A stretch of DNA of 64,000 bases from Eremomyces bilateralis CBS 781.70 (Eukaryota), in NCBI GenBank assembly GCA_010015585.1, contig ML975153.1. One strand, written 5' to 3'. Position numbers and translations under genes: made by a program. Under the pieces are notes generated by a model. The model made no database searches, had not been told where the DNA came from, and saw only the letters and a list, made by a program, of their open reading frames with translations. This document shows positions 51,542 through 63,680 of this stretch, in pieces. The stretch's first letter is position 1. Each line of letters starts with the position of its first letter.

Positions 51542-53468
51542 CGGAGCTCTGCTGGAGTGTGGAGTGCGTGGACGACGGTGCCAAGGTGTTCCAGGGGTGG
51601 ATCGGGTTCACACTTCACAGGTTGCGAGTTGTGAGTTGCGTCTGAAGATGACACAGCCAATCCAAGATTCATGAATGAGAGCTTTCTGACAAGAAAGACA
51701 GGCACTAGAACTGTAAGCCGAAGTGTTGAACGGGGACCATCGGGGCGGGGGGTTATGGCCTATGGGTGCCTGTTCTGTGCGCCCCAGATCGAACTCTGCA
51801 AAAAACAATAACATGAAGCAAGTTCTCCTCAAGCACCAAGGGCCTAAAGCGTTCAAGTGCGCCCCCCCAAGTTAATATTCGCCTTAGCGGCTTAGCACCT
51901 CCTAAATTTCATTATTTTCATGTCTGGTAGCCAGCAGCCCGGAATATCAGAGCGCAGAGCCAAGAAAAATAATAATGCCACCAAATCAGGCTGCTTTGTC
52001 ACGTACAGTTGACAAAGCTTTAAGCTACAACGTACAAGATGAGTTGCCTTCCCATCAAATCCGTCATGCGAGCGGAGATGCTATTTCATATTTGTCTCAC
52101 CCCTATGCTTGTCGTACCAGGACTGTGTCCTTGGAGCGCCTGATGTTCCACCCAAAGTCCATCATGTTTGCTGTTCCATGATTGATCTCGACCTCCCATA
52201 ATAGCATTGGAACCCAAACCTTGCCCTTTCATACATAGTAGAGGCTTATATTCCACCTTACATACTGTACAGTGTACTTATGTCATACGATAGTCCACGG
52301 CGATACTACCTGACTCGCGGCCATCAAACCGATTCAGAAAGGAAATTAAACATGATTGATCGAACCTCCTTGGCTGGCAATCACCATCCTATTCCGCAGC
52401 TCCCCGCAACTAACGTGAAGCGGATCAAGCGGTGCCGTTTGCGGGCCCTTTCACTTTGCCTTGTCCTACACGTCATTGACGGGATATACATACCAATCAC
52501 GCTTCTATCCGAAAGGGACGATCGCGATGGCGACACATTCCCGAATAGCGACTTTCCCTGAATCTTAGCTGCTGAATCAGTCAGGCTCTGTCGGCCCTTA
52601 TCTCTCTCTCACCTCATCCTCCGCGTCGTGCTTGTATTATTAGCTGCTTCTGTCATTCTCTCACTAGCCTCAGTTCTGAACTGGACTCTGCTGGAGCCTG
52701 GATGACACACCTGTGGATCTTTTTGCGGGGCAGTGGCAGCGCATGCCCCAACTGGAGCGGAAACACGATCGCGAGAATCGAAGCCTTTGCAGCTGTAAGT
52801 TTGGGCAGAATCACTGTACTCGTTCTATTTGAATGGCTACGTTGAGGAGCAATATGTAGTAGCTAAATTACCGGTAAGTACAGGCAGCTGGGTCTGGTAT
52901 CAATTGTGGTGATGCACAAGATCCGGAAATTTTAAGTGAGATGAAATTGGAGGAGGCAAAAGAGCGATCAGTGATAAGATAAAGGCATCAAGGCATGAAG
53001 GCTTGTTTGCGTCTGTCACGTGCAATACCAGATGTCAACATATCCGTCATGTCTGATAATGGACGCTGTGCATACCTGTTAGATCATGTAGGCATATCTG
53101 ACGGTCCTGGAAACCTTAAAGTTGTTTCGAGTGTGAGTTAGCCTAAAGGAATCGGTTCTGAAGGGCCAGAGGTCATGGAAAGGTTCAATTATTTCTGCCT
53201 CTCTAGTGCTTGATGTGCTTCCAAGTAGTGATTGATATCTCCTGAGAACAGACTGGTCCTTGGGATCCTTTAATATAAACTGTGGAGACATGTGCTGCAC
53301 TTTGTAGCATCTCGAGTTGCTCTAGGCAACTACCGTCATCCAATCTCCTACGTCCGGAAGACCTCCTGTAGAGCATCGTATCCTGAACAGCAACCTCCGT
53401 GAGAAAATGGGATTTGCATCGGTAGTAAGCAGTGGCAAAGATGAACAATGAAGTCTTGACCACTATAA

Positions 53469-54270
53469 TCAGGTTTGATTGGTTGTCTGCTTTCTATACG
53501 TGACCTTTTCGACGCCCACAGTTTCGACCCCATTCGCATCCTTCCGAAGTTGGTATACATAAAGGACAAGCACATCCCCTTGCACCTAGAACGATTTGTC
53601 AACAACAGCATCACAGCGTAGTCAACACTGCAACAGCATCATGCAGAAGTAGAACGTGGAAACTTACATCCATCAATACGAAACTCGGTGTTGGGTCCTC
53701 TTTCTCCGCCCACCATCCCGTCGTCATGGCACCTGTTGCACTCCCCGGGTTCACGAAGAACTTCCCTTCCAACTCGTAAGCCTCGAAGCGATGTGTACCG
53801 CCCCATAGGAGGATATCGACGTCCATCTGGCGCGCTGCAATCAGCAGGCTGTCCGGGTCGCCCTGCGGGATGATGGTGTGGCCATGCGTGAAACCGATGC
53901 GAAGCGAGCCATGCGTGACGACTTTGGAGAGTGCAAGGTTGGGTGCCTCGACATCGTAGTCGCCTTTGACGATGTGTAGCTCTGGGGCGATGCCGCGGAG
54001 GAAGTCGTAGGTTTCCTTGTCGGTCAGATTGCCCAGGCAGAGAATTTGGCCGATCTTGCCGGGCGCGAGGAGGCGTTTAAACTGGAGGGAAACGGATCGT
54101 CAATTCTGGAGGACATCATGCATGCTGCAATCGGTGGTGGTCCATACCTTTGACGGGATATCCTGCTCACGGGTCAGAAATTCCACTCAAGTGATGGGAG
54201 GGATGATACGCACAGCGGCCCGGTCTGGGATGAAGAGGTCACCTAGACATAGTACCAGTCTCGAAGACAT
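53469..54270 (-). CDS. VPS29: Retromer subunit Vps29, including a 15-nt microexon (DIPSK)
   Basis: LVLCLGDLFIPDRA/DIPSK/FKRLLAPGKIGQILCLGNLT, VKGDYD, GFTHGH, ARQMDVDILLWGGTH.FEAYE..GKFFVNPGSATGA, PSFVLMD. Confidence 0.97.
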
Positions 54271-54535
54271 GCCTGATTACGGCAGGGTCTCAAACGAATT
54301 GAGAGCGAAGTGGGGAGACTGGAGACGCCTTTGTTGAGTACAAGGCGTCGAAGATTTGATAGACCATCCGTCAGATCAGACCTCCATGTGTGAGCTCCTG
54401 CGGCTCCCATGTCAAGGTGAACGTGAAGCTGTCGAACCGCAGGGCAGAAGCCTCGCAGGGGTGGGCATGTGGCTTCGAGCTTGGCGGATAGGGTATACAG
54501 TACATGAGTCACGTGTGACGTGATTGAGTTTCCAG

Positions 54536-57317
54536 CAGGCTGGCTAATCGAGGCGAGGCGTCGCGAGGCCCTCGCCTCGCCTCGCCTCGTTCCTCGATCA
54601 ACCCGTCGCGAGGCAGTCGGTATATCTTCGGATAATTAATAAGCGGGTTGGAAAGGTCTCGCTAGACCCATTTGGTCCTATTCTACCAATCTTTCATCAT
54701 CTCAGTCCGTATCTTCTGGATGTGACCCAGATTCTATGGGATTTGGTGAGCTCATTAAACATTCCAGCTGGAGTCATGAATATTGAGGAGGTTTTGGTCA
54801 AATCCAAAGCCAATATATGTATAATATCAAGATTACTCTCAACGTATAGAATCGATATCAATATGTCGTCTTTACAGTCGTCTCTACCATCGTTTTCCTC
54901 CTCTTTTTCTGAGTATGCTCCTGACCCCGGCGGAATAGGAGATTTCACGCCTGATCCAGAGTTTCTCCGTGAATACGGTCTCTCCCTCGTGAAAGAGTAT
55001 CATCGCTTATCTAGCCCGCGAAAGCGAAGCGTTGTATGGGACTGGGGATTCGTCGCTCGCAGAGTAGACGAGGAGGAAGATATTCCATATTGGGTCTGCT
55101 ATATCTGTTGGCGAAGGGCTCGATCCAACCTCGATTTAAAGCTCTATAGGGTCGGCGCGACGTCGTCTGCACGAGACCATCTTATAAGAGATCACTCTTT
55201 CTTGAGCCGTGGATCACAGGTAATCCCTCCTGGATCTCGTGAATCGTGGGCTCTCCATCACCATTCTCTGCCTCTCCGGAATGGGCTCTTGAATGTCAAT
55301 GCGGCGTATTTAAAATGGGTGATCCTCGACGGTATACCATTTCGCCAGGCCTCTTCTGTGGCACACAACGGATTGATGGAATCTTTGAGCGGTGGAGATC
55401 CACAGCTCAGAGTAAAGAACCACCAATCCGTATACAATAGGGTGGCCAAGGTATACGAAGAATGCCTTGTTCTTGTGTCCCATACACTTTCGCGTGCATC
55501 CAGCAAGATATCGTTGTCGTATGACATCTGGACGTCTGCGACCGATATACCCTTCTTTGGTATCGAGGCCCATTTCATCTCCGGCGGTGAAACACCACGC
55601 CAACGGAATACCCTCCTCACTGTGGAAGAGGTTCAAGGAGCTCATACAGGGCGAAATCTATCACGGATCATGAAAAACACCGTACAGGCGTATAAGATCA
55701 AGGAAAGGATCGCTTACTTGATGTCTGATAACGCAGATAATAACACCACGGCGGTAGAAGAGCTTGGAAATATTACTAATATCCCGGTCTCTGGAAAACG
55801 GTTACGATGCGCCTGTCATATCGTTAATTTGATATGCAAACAGCTATCTACCGACCATTTGGCTGGCACGGACAACGACGAGTCAGATGGCCTTCAATGT
55901 ACGCAGGACAGTGGCATTCCTGGCCATCCAGGACAGAATCTTCGAAGTCCTACGCTTCCAACGAATGTCGATGTGGTCTCCGTTGAACGCCTCAAGTCTA
56001 TCATTACCCATATCAAAAGTAGCTCGAAACGTGAGCAAGAGTTCTTGACGATCCAAACCACTATTTTAGAGGGTATGGTCGATCAATCTCAGCGACGTCG
56101 CGATCAGCCTCTCCGTATTATCCGTGAAAACCAGACACGGTGGAATACAAGATACGACTCGATTAGTCGTGCTCTCCGTTTACGCGCTACAATTGATCAG
56201 TACTGCGCAAGACACGCCTCTCTCCAGGGGCTTACAGGGGCTGATTGGGCTGTTCTAGAAGAGCTCCAAGCGATTTACCACCCCTTCCTTATTCGCTCCA
56301 AAATCCTAGAAAGTAACGCTGAGGATGGTGCTGAAGGAGCTCTTTTCGAATCTTACCTCGTTATCCACTTGATCGTGAAAGATTTAGTCTCTTTGATCGC
56401 GGAGATACCGAGGCGACCGGTTCTCCAGGAGCTCGCATCGCCTCTACAGAGAGCCCTCTCTAAGGCGATGAAATACCAACTTAAAATGAGGGACCCGCAG
56501 ACTCCTGCGTATATGCTCGCGGTATTGCTTCATCCACGATATAAGAAAAGGTTCTTCGATCTCAAGGAACCGAAAAACCCTAGCACGGCTCAAGTCATTA
56601 CTAAATTACGTGAGTCTGTCGCCACGTTACGGCAAGATATATCCGTCCCAGAGAGCTCTTCGTCAACGGATCATACCGTGCGGAGCGCCTACCAGGACTT
56701 CTTAGGTTCTTGGGGGCCTGGATTTGAACCACAGGAAATCTCCTCCGTGGATGAGGTTTCTGAATATCTCAACGAGCCTCAGGAGAAGATGAAGGCCCCT
56801 ATGGAATGGTGGATTGCTAATCGTACGCGATTTCCAGCTCTCTATAGGATCGCTATGGACCTTTTTGCCACTCCAGCATCCGCCGCGGATATGGAGCGGA
56901 TATGGTCCTCCTGTGGGCGACTCCTGGACACAGAGAGAGCCCGTATGAACGCGAAGACGTTGAGGAAGTTGGTGTGTCTACAGCATTGGTTTAGAAATGG
57001 TATTATTAGTGATCTTGATCTCGAGAAGATCGTCTTCTCACAAGCGAATCTAGCGGTGGATAATGACGACGACGAGGAGGAGGAGTCTAGCTAGGAGAAT
57101 ATAGTATGCGATCTTCACCACCACCGTCTTTACCATCCTCCTCACCGTGATATCGACCTCTGTATGGCATACAGGATTACGGAATTTCATCTTTGGTACG
57201 CTCAACCATGGTTCCAGCAGGCGTCGCGAGGCGGTTTAGTATGCAATCGAGGCGAGGCGAGGCGAGGCGCTTAGTCATCCCTCGCGACGCCTCGCGACGC
57301 CTCGATTAGCCAGCCTG
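54536..57317 (+). mobile_element. Complete hAT-superfamily DNA transposon, 2782 bp, 20-bp TIRs, 8-bp TSD GTTTCCAG
   Basis: Left TIR CAGGCTGGCTAATCGAGGCG (54536-54555) is the exact reverse complement of 57298-57317; TSD copies at 54528-54535 and 57318-57325; subterminal CGAGG/CCTCG arrays. Confidence 0.97.
54863..57094 (+). CDS. hAT transposase, intact
   Basis: BED-like finger S.VWDW...C..C...H L...H, SYDIWTS (D1), SDNA.NN (D2), RCACH (CxxH), TRWNT, LA..LHPRYK, EWW......FP.L...A.D....PAS.A..ER.WS (E); the frame is also open upstream to ATG 54777. Confidence 0.95.
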   Translation: MSSLQSSLPSFSSSFSEYAPDPGGIGDFTPDPEFLREYGLSLVKEYHRLSSPRKRSVVWDWGFVARRVDEEEDIPYWVCYICWRRARSNLDLKLYRVGATSSARDHLIRDHSFLSRGSQVIPPGSRESWALHHHSLPLRNGLLNVNAAYLKWVILDGIPFRQASSVAHNGLMESLSGGDPQLRVKNHQSVYNRVAKVYEECLVLVSHTLSRASSKISLSYDIWTSATDIPFFGIEAHFISGGETPRQRNTLLTVEEVQGAHTGRNLSRIMKNTVQAYKIKERIAYLMSDNADNNTTAVEELGNITNIPVSGKRLRCACHIVNLICKQLSTDHLAGTDNDESDGLQCTQDSGIPGHPGQNLRSPTLPTNVDVVSVERLKSIITHIKSSSKREQEFLTIQTTILEGMVDQSQRRRDQPLRIIRENQTRWNTRYDSISRALRLRATIDQYCARHASLQGLTGADWAVLEELQAIYHPFLIRSKILESNAEDGAEGALFESYLVIHLIVKDLVSLIAEIPRRPVLQELASPLQRALSKAMKYQLKMRDPQTPAYMLAVLLHPRYKKRFFDLKEPKNPSTAQVITKLRESVATLRQDISVPESSSSTDHTVRSAYQDFLGSWGPGFEPQEISSVDEVSEYLNEPQEKMKAPMEWWIANRTRFPALYRIAMDLFATPASAADMERIWSSCGRLLDTERARMNAKTLRKLVCLQHWFRNGIISDLDLEKIVFSQANLAVDNDDDEEEESS

Positions 57318-57844
57318 GTTTCCAGAGCCCCAGCGCGGTTTTATGCCTCGGCGCCTGAGGACTGAATATCGGACCTCGCCAACACCCCGTCATGCTCTGT
57401 GCTGCTCATGGTCTACTCACTGTCGGCTGTCGACCAACAGTCCATACCTCCAATATAATAATGATTGAAGACTGCAAAAGAAAGAAGGCCTCGCGGAACC
57501 TCCCAACATAATTCCAGGTGTGAAAGAGTATTCCGCCTTCTCATGGGCGATATCCAGGCGTCCGATGCTTCCGTACCTCACAGTCCGACCCTCTCCTCCT
57601 CCCCTTGACAAATTGACCATAATATAAATGCTTAACTAAGTTAGTGCTACCTAAGATAAGCCGATCGATTCCCGTCATAAGTGGCTCTTTTGGTCCTTTC
57701 ACAGTGATACAACTCGCGCGAATGGAAGAAACCAACTGAAAGTCCATCCCTGCGCAACATTGCGAAATCGGCCACCAGGAACCATACGCCATACAGTCAT
57801 CAGAACCCCGACATCACCCCGCGGCTACAGTTAAGTTAGGGACC

Positions 57845-59218
57845 ATGAGACCACTGTATCAGAGACTCAATTTCTTCAACATCTCTCGACAACGTGCCAC
57901 CACCTTCCATTACTCCCCTCAATCGCCCATTGCTCGACGATATCAATCCACTACCTCCAAAACAGCCACAACGTTACCATCCAAAATGTCTTCGCAACCG
58001 CCCCATTCCACGTTACTGATCCCCGGACCGGTGGAGTTCGACGATGCCGTTCTCCAGTCCATGTCCCATTTCAGGTACACCAAGCCCCCCTTCGGTCACC
58101 TATACTGTGTCTAACAGTGTGCAGTGAATCTCATGTCGGCGCACCTTTCGTCGGCGTCTTTGGCGAAGCCCTGACGATGCTCCGCAAGCTGTTCCAAACC
58201 TCTGACCCCGCTTCCCAGCCCTTTATCATCTCTGGCTCAGGCACTCTCGGCTGGGACCAAGTGGCATCCAACCTGACGGAGCCGGGCGAGGATGCCCTGG
58301 TCCTCCACACCGGGTATTTCGGAGACTCGTTTGCCGACTGCTTCGAGACGTACGGCGTGCGCGCGACCCAGCTCAAGGCCGCGATTGGAGACCGGCCGCA
58401 GCTGGATGAGGTGGAGAAGGCGCTGAAGGAGCGAAAATACAAGGTCATCACGGTGACGCACGTCGATACGTCGACGGGGGTGCTAAGTGAACTCAAGAAC
58501 CTGTCGGAGACGGTGCACAGGGTCAGCCCCGAGACGCTGGTGGTGGTGGATGGCGTGTGCAGTGTGGGATGCGAGGAGATTCGGTTCGACGATTGGGGAA
58601 TTGATGTGGTTCTGACCGCCAGTCAAAAAGCCATCGGCTGCCCGGCGGGTTTGAGTATCCTCATGGCCTCCGGCCGCGCGATCGAGACGTTCAAGAACCG
58701 GAAATCTAGACCCTCCTCGTATTTTGGGTCCTGGAAGAATTGGCTGCCCGGTAAGTGGTTGACATCCGCCCCATGCGCTTTTGCTAACCTGCTTCAAAGT
58801 TATGCAAAATTACGAAGCCAAGAAGCCATCGTACTTCGCGACGCCGTCTCCCCAGCTCGTCCGCGCTCTGCACACGACGCTCACCCAGATCCTTTCCAAG
58901 CCGCTTGAGGACCGATATGCGGCACACGCGGCAGCATCCCGGAAGGTGAAGCAAGCGGTCGCCGATATGGGACTGAAGCAGATCGCATCCAAGCCGGAAA
59001 ACCAGGCCAATGCGATGACCGCCATCTACCTTCCCGAAGGAGTCAAACCCACCGATGTGCTTCCCAAGCTCGGCCAAAAAGGTGTCGTCTTTGCCGGTGG
59101 TTTGCACAAGGAAATCGCTACGAGGTACATCCGATTCGGTCATATGGGCGTCAGTGTCACGGACCCGGACCGAACGGATATCGACCACGCTATCGAGGCG
59201 CTGAAGTCGAGTTTGTAG
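57845..59218 (+). CDS. AGX1: Alanine:glyoxylate aminotransferase (class V PLP enzyme), 3 exons
   Basis: LLIPGPVEF, SGSGTLGWD, THVDTSTGVL, VDGVCSVGCEE..FD.WG.D.VLTASQKAIG.PAG (PLP lysine), YFATP, GGLHK.IA..Y.RFGHMG. Confidence 0.95.
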
Positions 59219-59424
59219 GACGTCAAATGGAAGCATAGCCATGTTCTATGTATAAGTGTGGGAATGCGTGATACATAAAAAGTGGTCGGTTTTCGGCGAC
59301 TCCCGAAAGGGCTTCATTCTGGCATTATATAGGACGCCGTAGATATAGACGGGTTTATCCTCATACCTCGTACATGTCATTCAACACCCATCCCGACATC
59401 ATGATATACAAACAATTCCCGCAT

Positions 59425-61114
59425 TCAATGCTCCGGGACGGCAATGGCGTCCTTGCAAAGGATCACCACCTTCTTGAACAACCGCCGCCACTCCAGAGGG
59501 TCACCCTTTTTCTTCAGGAATCGGACCTCCAGCAGCTCATTGTTATATCGCTCCACCAAAATAGCTCCCGCCAGAGCCTGCTTCCGTCCGTCGATGGTCT
59601 TGACTTCGACGACGGCTCCACTGTCCGTGATTCGTTCCGTTGCCGGTATACCCAAGCGATGCATTGCCTCTTTAAGCAGAGGGAGAAGCAGCGTCAGGGA
59701 TCGGGGCGAGACGAATCGAGTGAGGGAGAACGATGGCATGATGTCCTTGAAATGCCTCGCCTGCTGGGTCAGCGTCAAGGGGACGGCGGGCGTAGCGGTG
59801 AATTGCGACAGCGACGGATCTTCGGCTAGGTAGCTCAGGAGCGAATGCGAGATCGTGCCGCCGCTTCGGATATCGGTCGGCTGGCTGAGACTCACGCCCT
59901 CCTGGAAGTGAGGCACCCGTTCCCAGTCCAGTGACATCTCCCCGACCAGTGTCTCGGGCTGCGTCATGCTGATTTGTGGTTGGTCCATGTCCATGGCGTC
60001 CATTCGATGCGGTGTGAAAGTCGGCTTGGAGTCGAAGTCAATGTGTAAGGATTCGAGCATTTGCGTCGCCAGCACCACCGGATTCGCGATCCTCCCACGC
60101 GCGTCGAGGTAAGGGTTCCGCTCCGTGAACCAAGGATGGGTCCGGACCTCTTGCAGCGAGAAGCGTTGGGCACTGTCAAGCTTCAACATGCCTCTCAGTA
60201 AGGACGTGACCGAGGAGTCCAGTTTCGTCCATAGCTCGTCCGTCGTTCGTCCCTCCAATTTGACGAACTCCATGAACTCGTAACTGTTCATCGTCGGCTC
60301 ATCCCACGGCGTGTTGCCGACCAGGAGGACAAACAATACGATTCCGCATGACCAGATGTCCACCTTATCGGCCTGGTACCCCGATTCTAGCTCGTTTCCT
60401 TTCTTGTTCGACCTCTGGGCCAGGACTTCCGGCGCGATGTAGGGCGGGCTTCCGCAAACCGTCGTACACCGCTTTTCGATATTCCGGTGCCGAAACAAAG
60501 TGGCTAGTCCAAAATCCGCGAGCTTCAGATTCCCCCCGCCGGACAGCAAGATATTCTCCGGTTTCAAGTCGCGATGCGCGATCCCCTTGTCGTGCATATA
60601 GCTGACCGCATTGATCAACTGGGTGAAGTACAGGTGTGCCACCCGGTCCCCCACGCCTTCATCAGCCTCGATCTTGTCGAACAGATCGCCGCCTTCAGCC
60701 AGCTCCATCTGGATCCATAGCCAGCTCGGATCGCCTCCGAAACCGATGCATTCTATGATGTTCTGGTGCTTCCCCAGGTGCTTGTGCAGGATGACTTCGT
60801 TTTCGAGCTTCTTTTGCGTCAATCGTCCGATTCGGAAGGCTTGTTCTTTATTGATAAATTTGACGGCGATGATGGGTTTTACGTCTTTGAGGGGACAGGC
60901 TTTTCGGATGCTACAAGAGTTCGGTTAGAAACGCGTTTTGATCCCCAAGTCTCAACGGGATCAACCTACAATGCGTATGCTCCTTGCCCAATAGTTCCAG
61001 AAACGAGGCGGAAGGGGAGGTTGATTGGTTCCTCGACTTGGCTCTGAAGATACATTAGAAGAATGTTAGAGATGTCATCGCAAGCGTTGCGTAACTTACT
61101 CCCAGGGGCGCCAT
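59425..61114 (-). CDS. CHK1: Checkpoint kinase Chk1
   Basis: TIGQGAYA, AVKFINK, MELAEGGDLFDKIEADEGV, HRDLKPENILL, LADFGLA, CGSPPY.APE, and KA1-type C-terminus LTRF...F.K.KGDPLEWRRLFKK; the in-frame first exon MAPLG is inferred. Confidence 0.95.
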
Positions 61115-61933
61115 TGAAGTACGTACTTACCGGTATTTGATACCATCGATGGAAGATAAACACAGGGCAAGTGGTTCGTGGTGGGGAGACGCGCCGACAA
61201 AGTCAACCGTTGACGCGGTCGTTGTGGCTATCGGGGGCTTTGGGGCCCTGGCTGGGGCGGATCTTTGCTGGGATTCGGGGGGTTGGTGCGCCACCCGCCC
61301 GCAATCCAGGGAGAGATCTTGATGCCACATCAGATGAAGTCTGGCTTCAGTTTGCGAATCTACAGATCGCCGGACAAAAATTTAGGGGAAAGATATCATA
61401 GCTTCACACGGTTGCACAAGGGTGCTGAAGGTTGCACAACATATTAATTTACAGCTACTGATAAGGAGGTACTTAACTACTTAAAGTAGCAGACTGCCCC
61501 TTCTGTCATTCATCAGGTGTAAAGCAGACCATGATAAACGTATCAGTCACGATCATGGTCTGGAGCAAAGCCATACTGCATACTATAGTAAGTACTGTAG
61601 ATGGCAATTATATACCTGTATTCTTCTCGGTGGTCTCATGGTGTCTGTACATTAAACTAGATTGTGATTCAATGATACCTTCGTCGCTCGAAGGCCAGAT
61701 GAACTCCTGGACCAACGCCTTGACACCACCACCGCCACCACCAAGTACAAAGTAAAGTACCACTACTATCCATACATGCCTTTAGGCACGTCATATGCAC
61801 ATCCGAGGTCCAATTATTACAGTACATCCCGATATCCAAACTCTTGATGGGTTCCTTTCCCCCTGGGAATGTGGGAAGGGTATGCAGAGAGATGATGCAT
61901 TTAAAACACTGCCAGTTATCCATCATAGGTCAG

Positions 61934-63114
61934 TCATCTCCTAGTAAGTTCGTGCAACCTCCGACAGCTCTTCATATCGAACTGCCGCGCTCTCTGCATC
62001 TTCTCTTCATCCTGGAAGAACCAGCCTTGCGCATCCTGCACCAACCGCTCCCGCTGCTGCGTCTCGATGTTGCACTCGGAGTGCAGCTTACCCACGTAGC
62101 GCGTCTCGGCATGCTTATCCAGGTCCCGCCATTGCCGCCGGCCAAAGTCTTGAACATCTCGAGGATTGACGTAATACGGAACCTTTAGGTTCGACGAAGT
62201 GTGCTGCATCGTATAGGGTGGGGAGACAGAGTCGAAGCGAACTTGCGGGCCTGATGGTTCGGAGTTCCCGCTAAAAATGGAGGAAAGGAGGGGGAGGACG
62301 AAGAGGAAGAGAAGAGGGAGGAGAGACGTGAGGGTGCTGTAGGCGCTGGGTGCGGGTTCGTTCTGAGCTCCATTCGCACGCCGCCGAGGTCTTCCATTAT
62401 TGAACTGATGGACTCGGATCCCCGGTCCTCCTCCCATGTTGAAACTGAAAACGGGGCCGTCGAAAAAGTCGCCTCCTGGAACTTTTGGTAAGCGGGGGTT
62501 ATAATTTGATAGGGGTGCGATATGCACATACCGAATCCTCCGCCGCCAAATGCGCCACCGCCGCCGAAGAACTGCCTGAACATTTCCTCCGGTGATATCT
62601 CCTCCTCGAACATGGAGCCGCCTCCGCGTGCGCCTGGTGATCGCGCGAACCCGCTAAAGGGGGACGTCGCTGGGCCGCCGCCGCCTCCGAATCTGCTGTC
62701 GGGATCCCCGCCGAACTTGTCATATTTGGTCTTCTTGTCTGGATCGGATAGGACTTGAAATGCCCTTGAGACCACTGCGAAAGCATCAGTCAGCTTGGAC
62801 GACTTCCTTATCGGAGACGATTGCCAATACTCACTTTTGAAAGCCTCATCCGCGCCATCGTAGCCGTTCTTGTCGGGGTGAGTTAGTAAACTTAACTTCC
62901 GGTAGGCTTTCTTAATATCCGAGTCCGAACACGACGCGCGGACTTCCTCCAGCCCCAAGATATCGTAATATCCTGTTGCTGCACATTTCCGGACTCTTAT
63001 GACGGCGGTCTTCTGCTCCGCGGTAAATGCCCTCCCGGCGCTGCCATCGTGATGTGCTCGGTGCTTTGCGTCGCCATTCGGAGTCGCATTCGACCCGGTG
63101 GCCTTTCCCGACAT
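61934..63114 (-). CDS. HLJ1: ER-membrane J-domain protein (Hlj1/DNAJB12-like) with C-terminal DUF1977-like region
   Basis: YYDILGL...IKKAYRKLSLLTHPDKN...A.EAFK, G/F-rich region EISPEEMFRQFFGG, transmembrane LLPLLFLFVLPLLS, and V.YYV...C..E...C tail. Confidence 0.9.
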
Positions 63115-63680
63115 TACTAGCGGCGACCCTGGAAGTTATAGCCCGCTACAAACGCTCGGGAGTTCGAAGATTGCGTTTGATAATCGGTTGGGAACGGAAG
63201 TCGAGGCGCTGGTGCAAGGTACGGAATCGAATCGTGGGCTTTAAAGACAGTTGTCCATATGGCATAAGAGGGGTGGACACAGGGTTTGCGGGTCGGGGTG
63301 TGGTGATAAGTCCTTTTCGGAGTTATGGATGAGTCCAGATTGCATATCGCAATGAGGATTGTTCGTCAGTTGTTGTCACTCCAGTCCAACGTTGCGCCAC
63401 CTAACACTCCTAGTCCACAGATCTTAGTTCTCGAAGACAGGACACCGAATTGATGGTTATGTCAGCATATTTTCCTTGTTATCGGTATCAAATCCCTGTC
63501 TGTTAGTCCAGAATGGCTTCCACACGTGAGACCTAACCCTGACGGTGATAGCGTGTATTGAATTTCGTAGGGAATCACCATCCATATTGAATGCTGAGTA
63601 AGTACTCAATTCGTTCGACTTCACTTCAACGTGTTGCTGTCAAAACGTCTCCGTTCGCTAGAATTAACAGGATCGCCATC

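Noticed and set aside
59216..59280. Stop-codon readthrough creating a PTS1 in AGX1
   Set aside because: The context is TAG GAC rather than TGA CTA, and the extension would end MRDT, which is not a PTS1
61050..61135. Stwintron (nested intron) in CHK1
   Set aside because: Sequential removal of the two candidate introns does not restore the kinase frame, and the outer intron would be only ~33 nt
63532..63542. Telomerase RNA template-like CCTAACCCTGA
   Set aside because: Imperfect match in a short bidirectional promoter, with no room or other evidence for a long RNA
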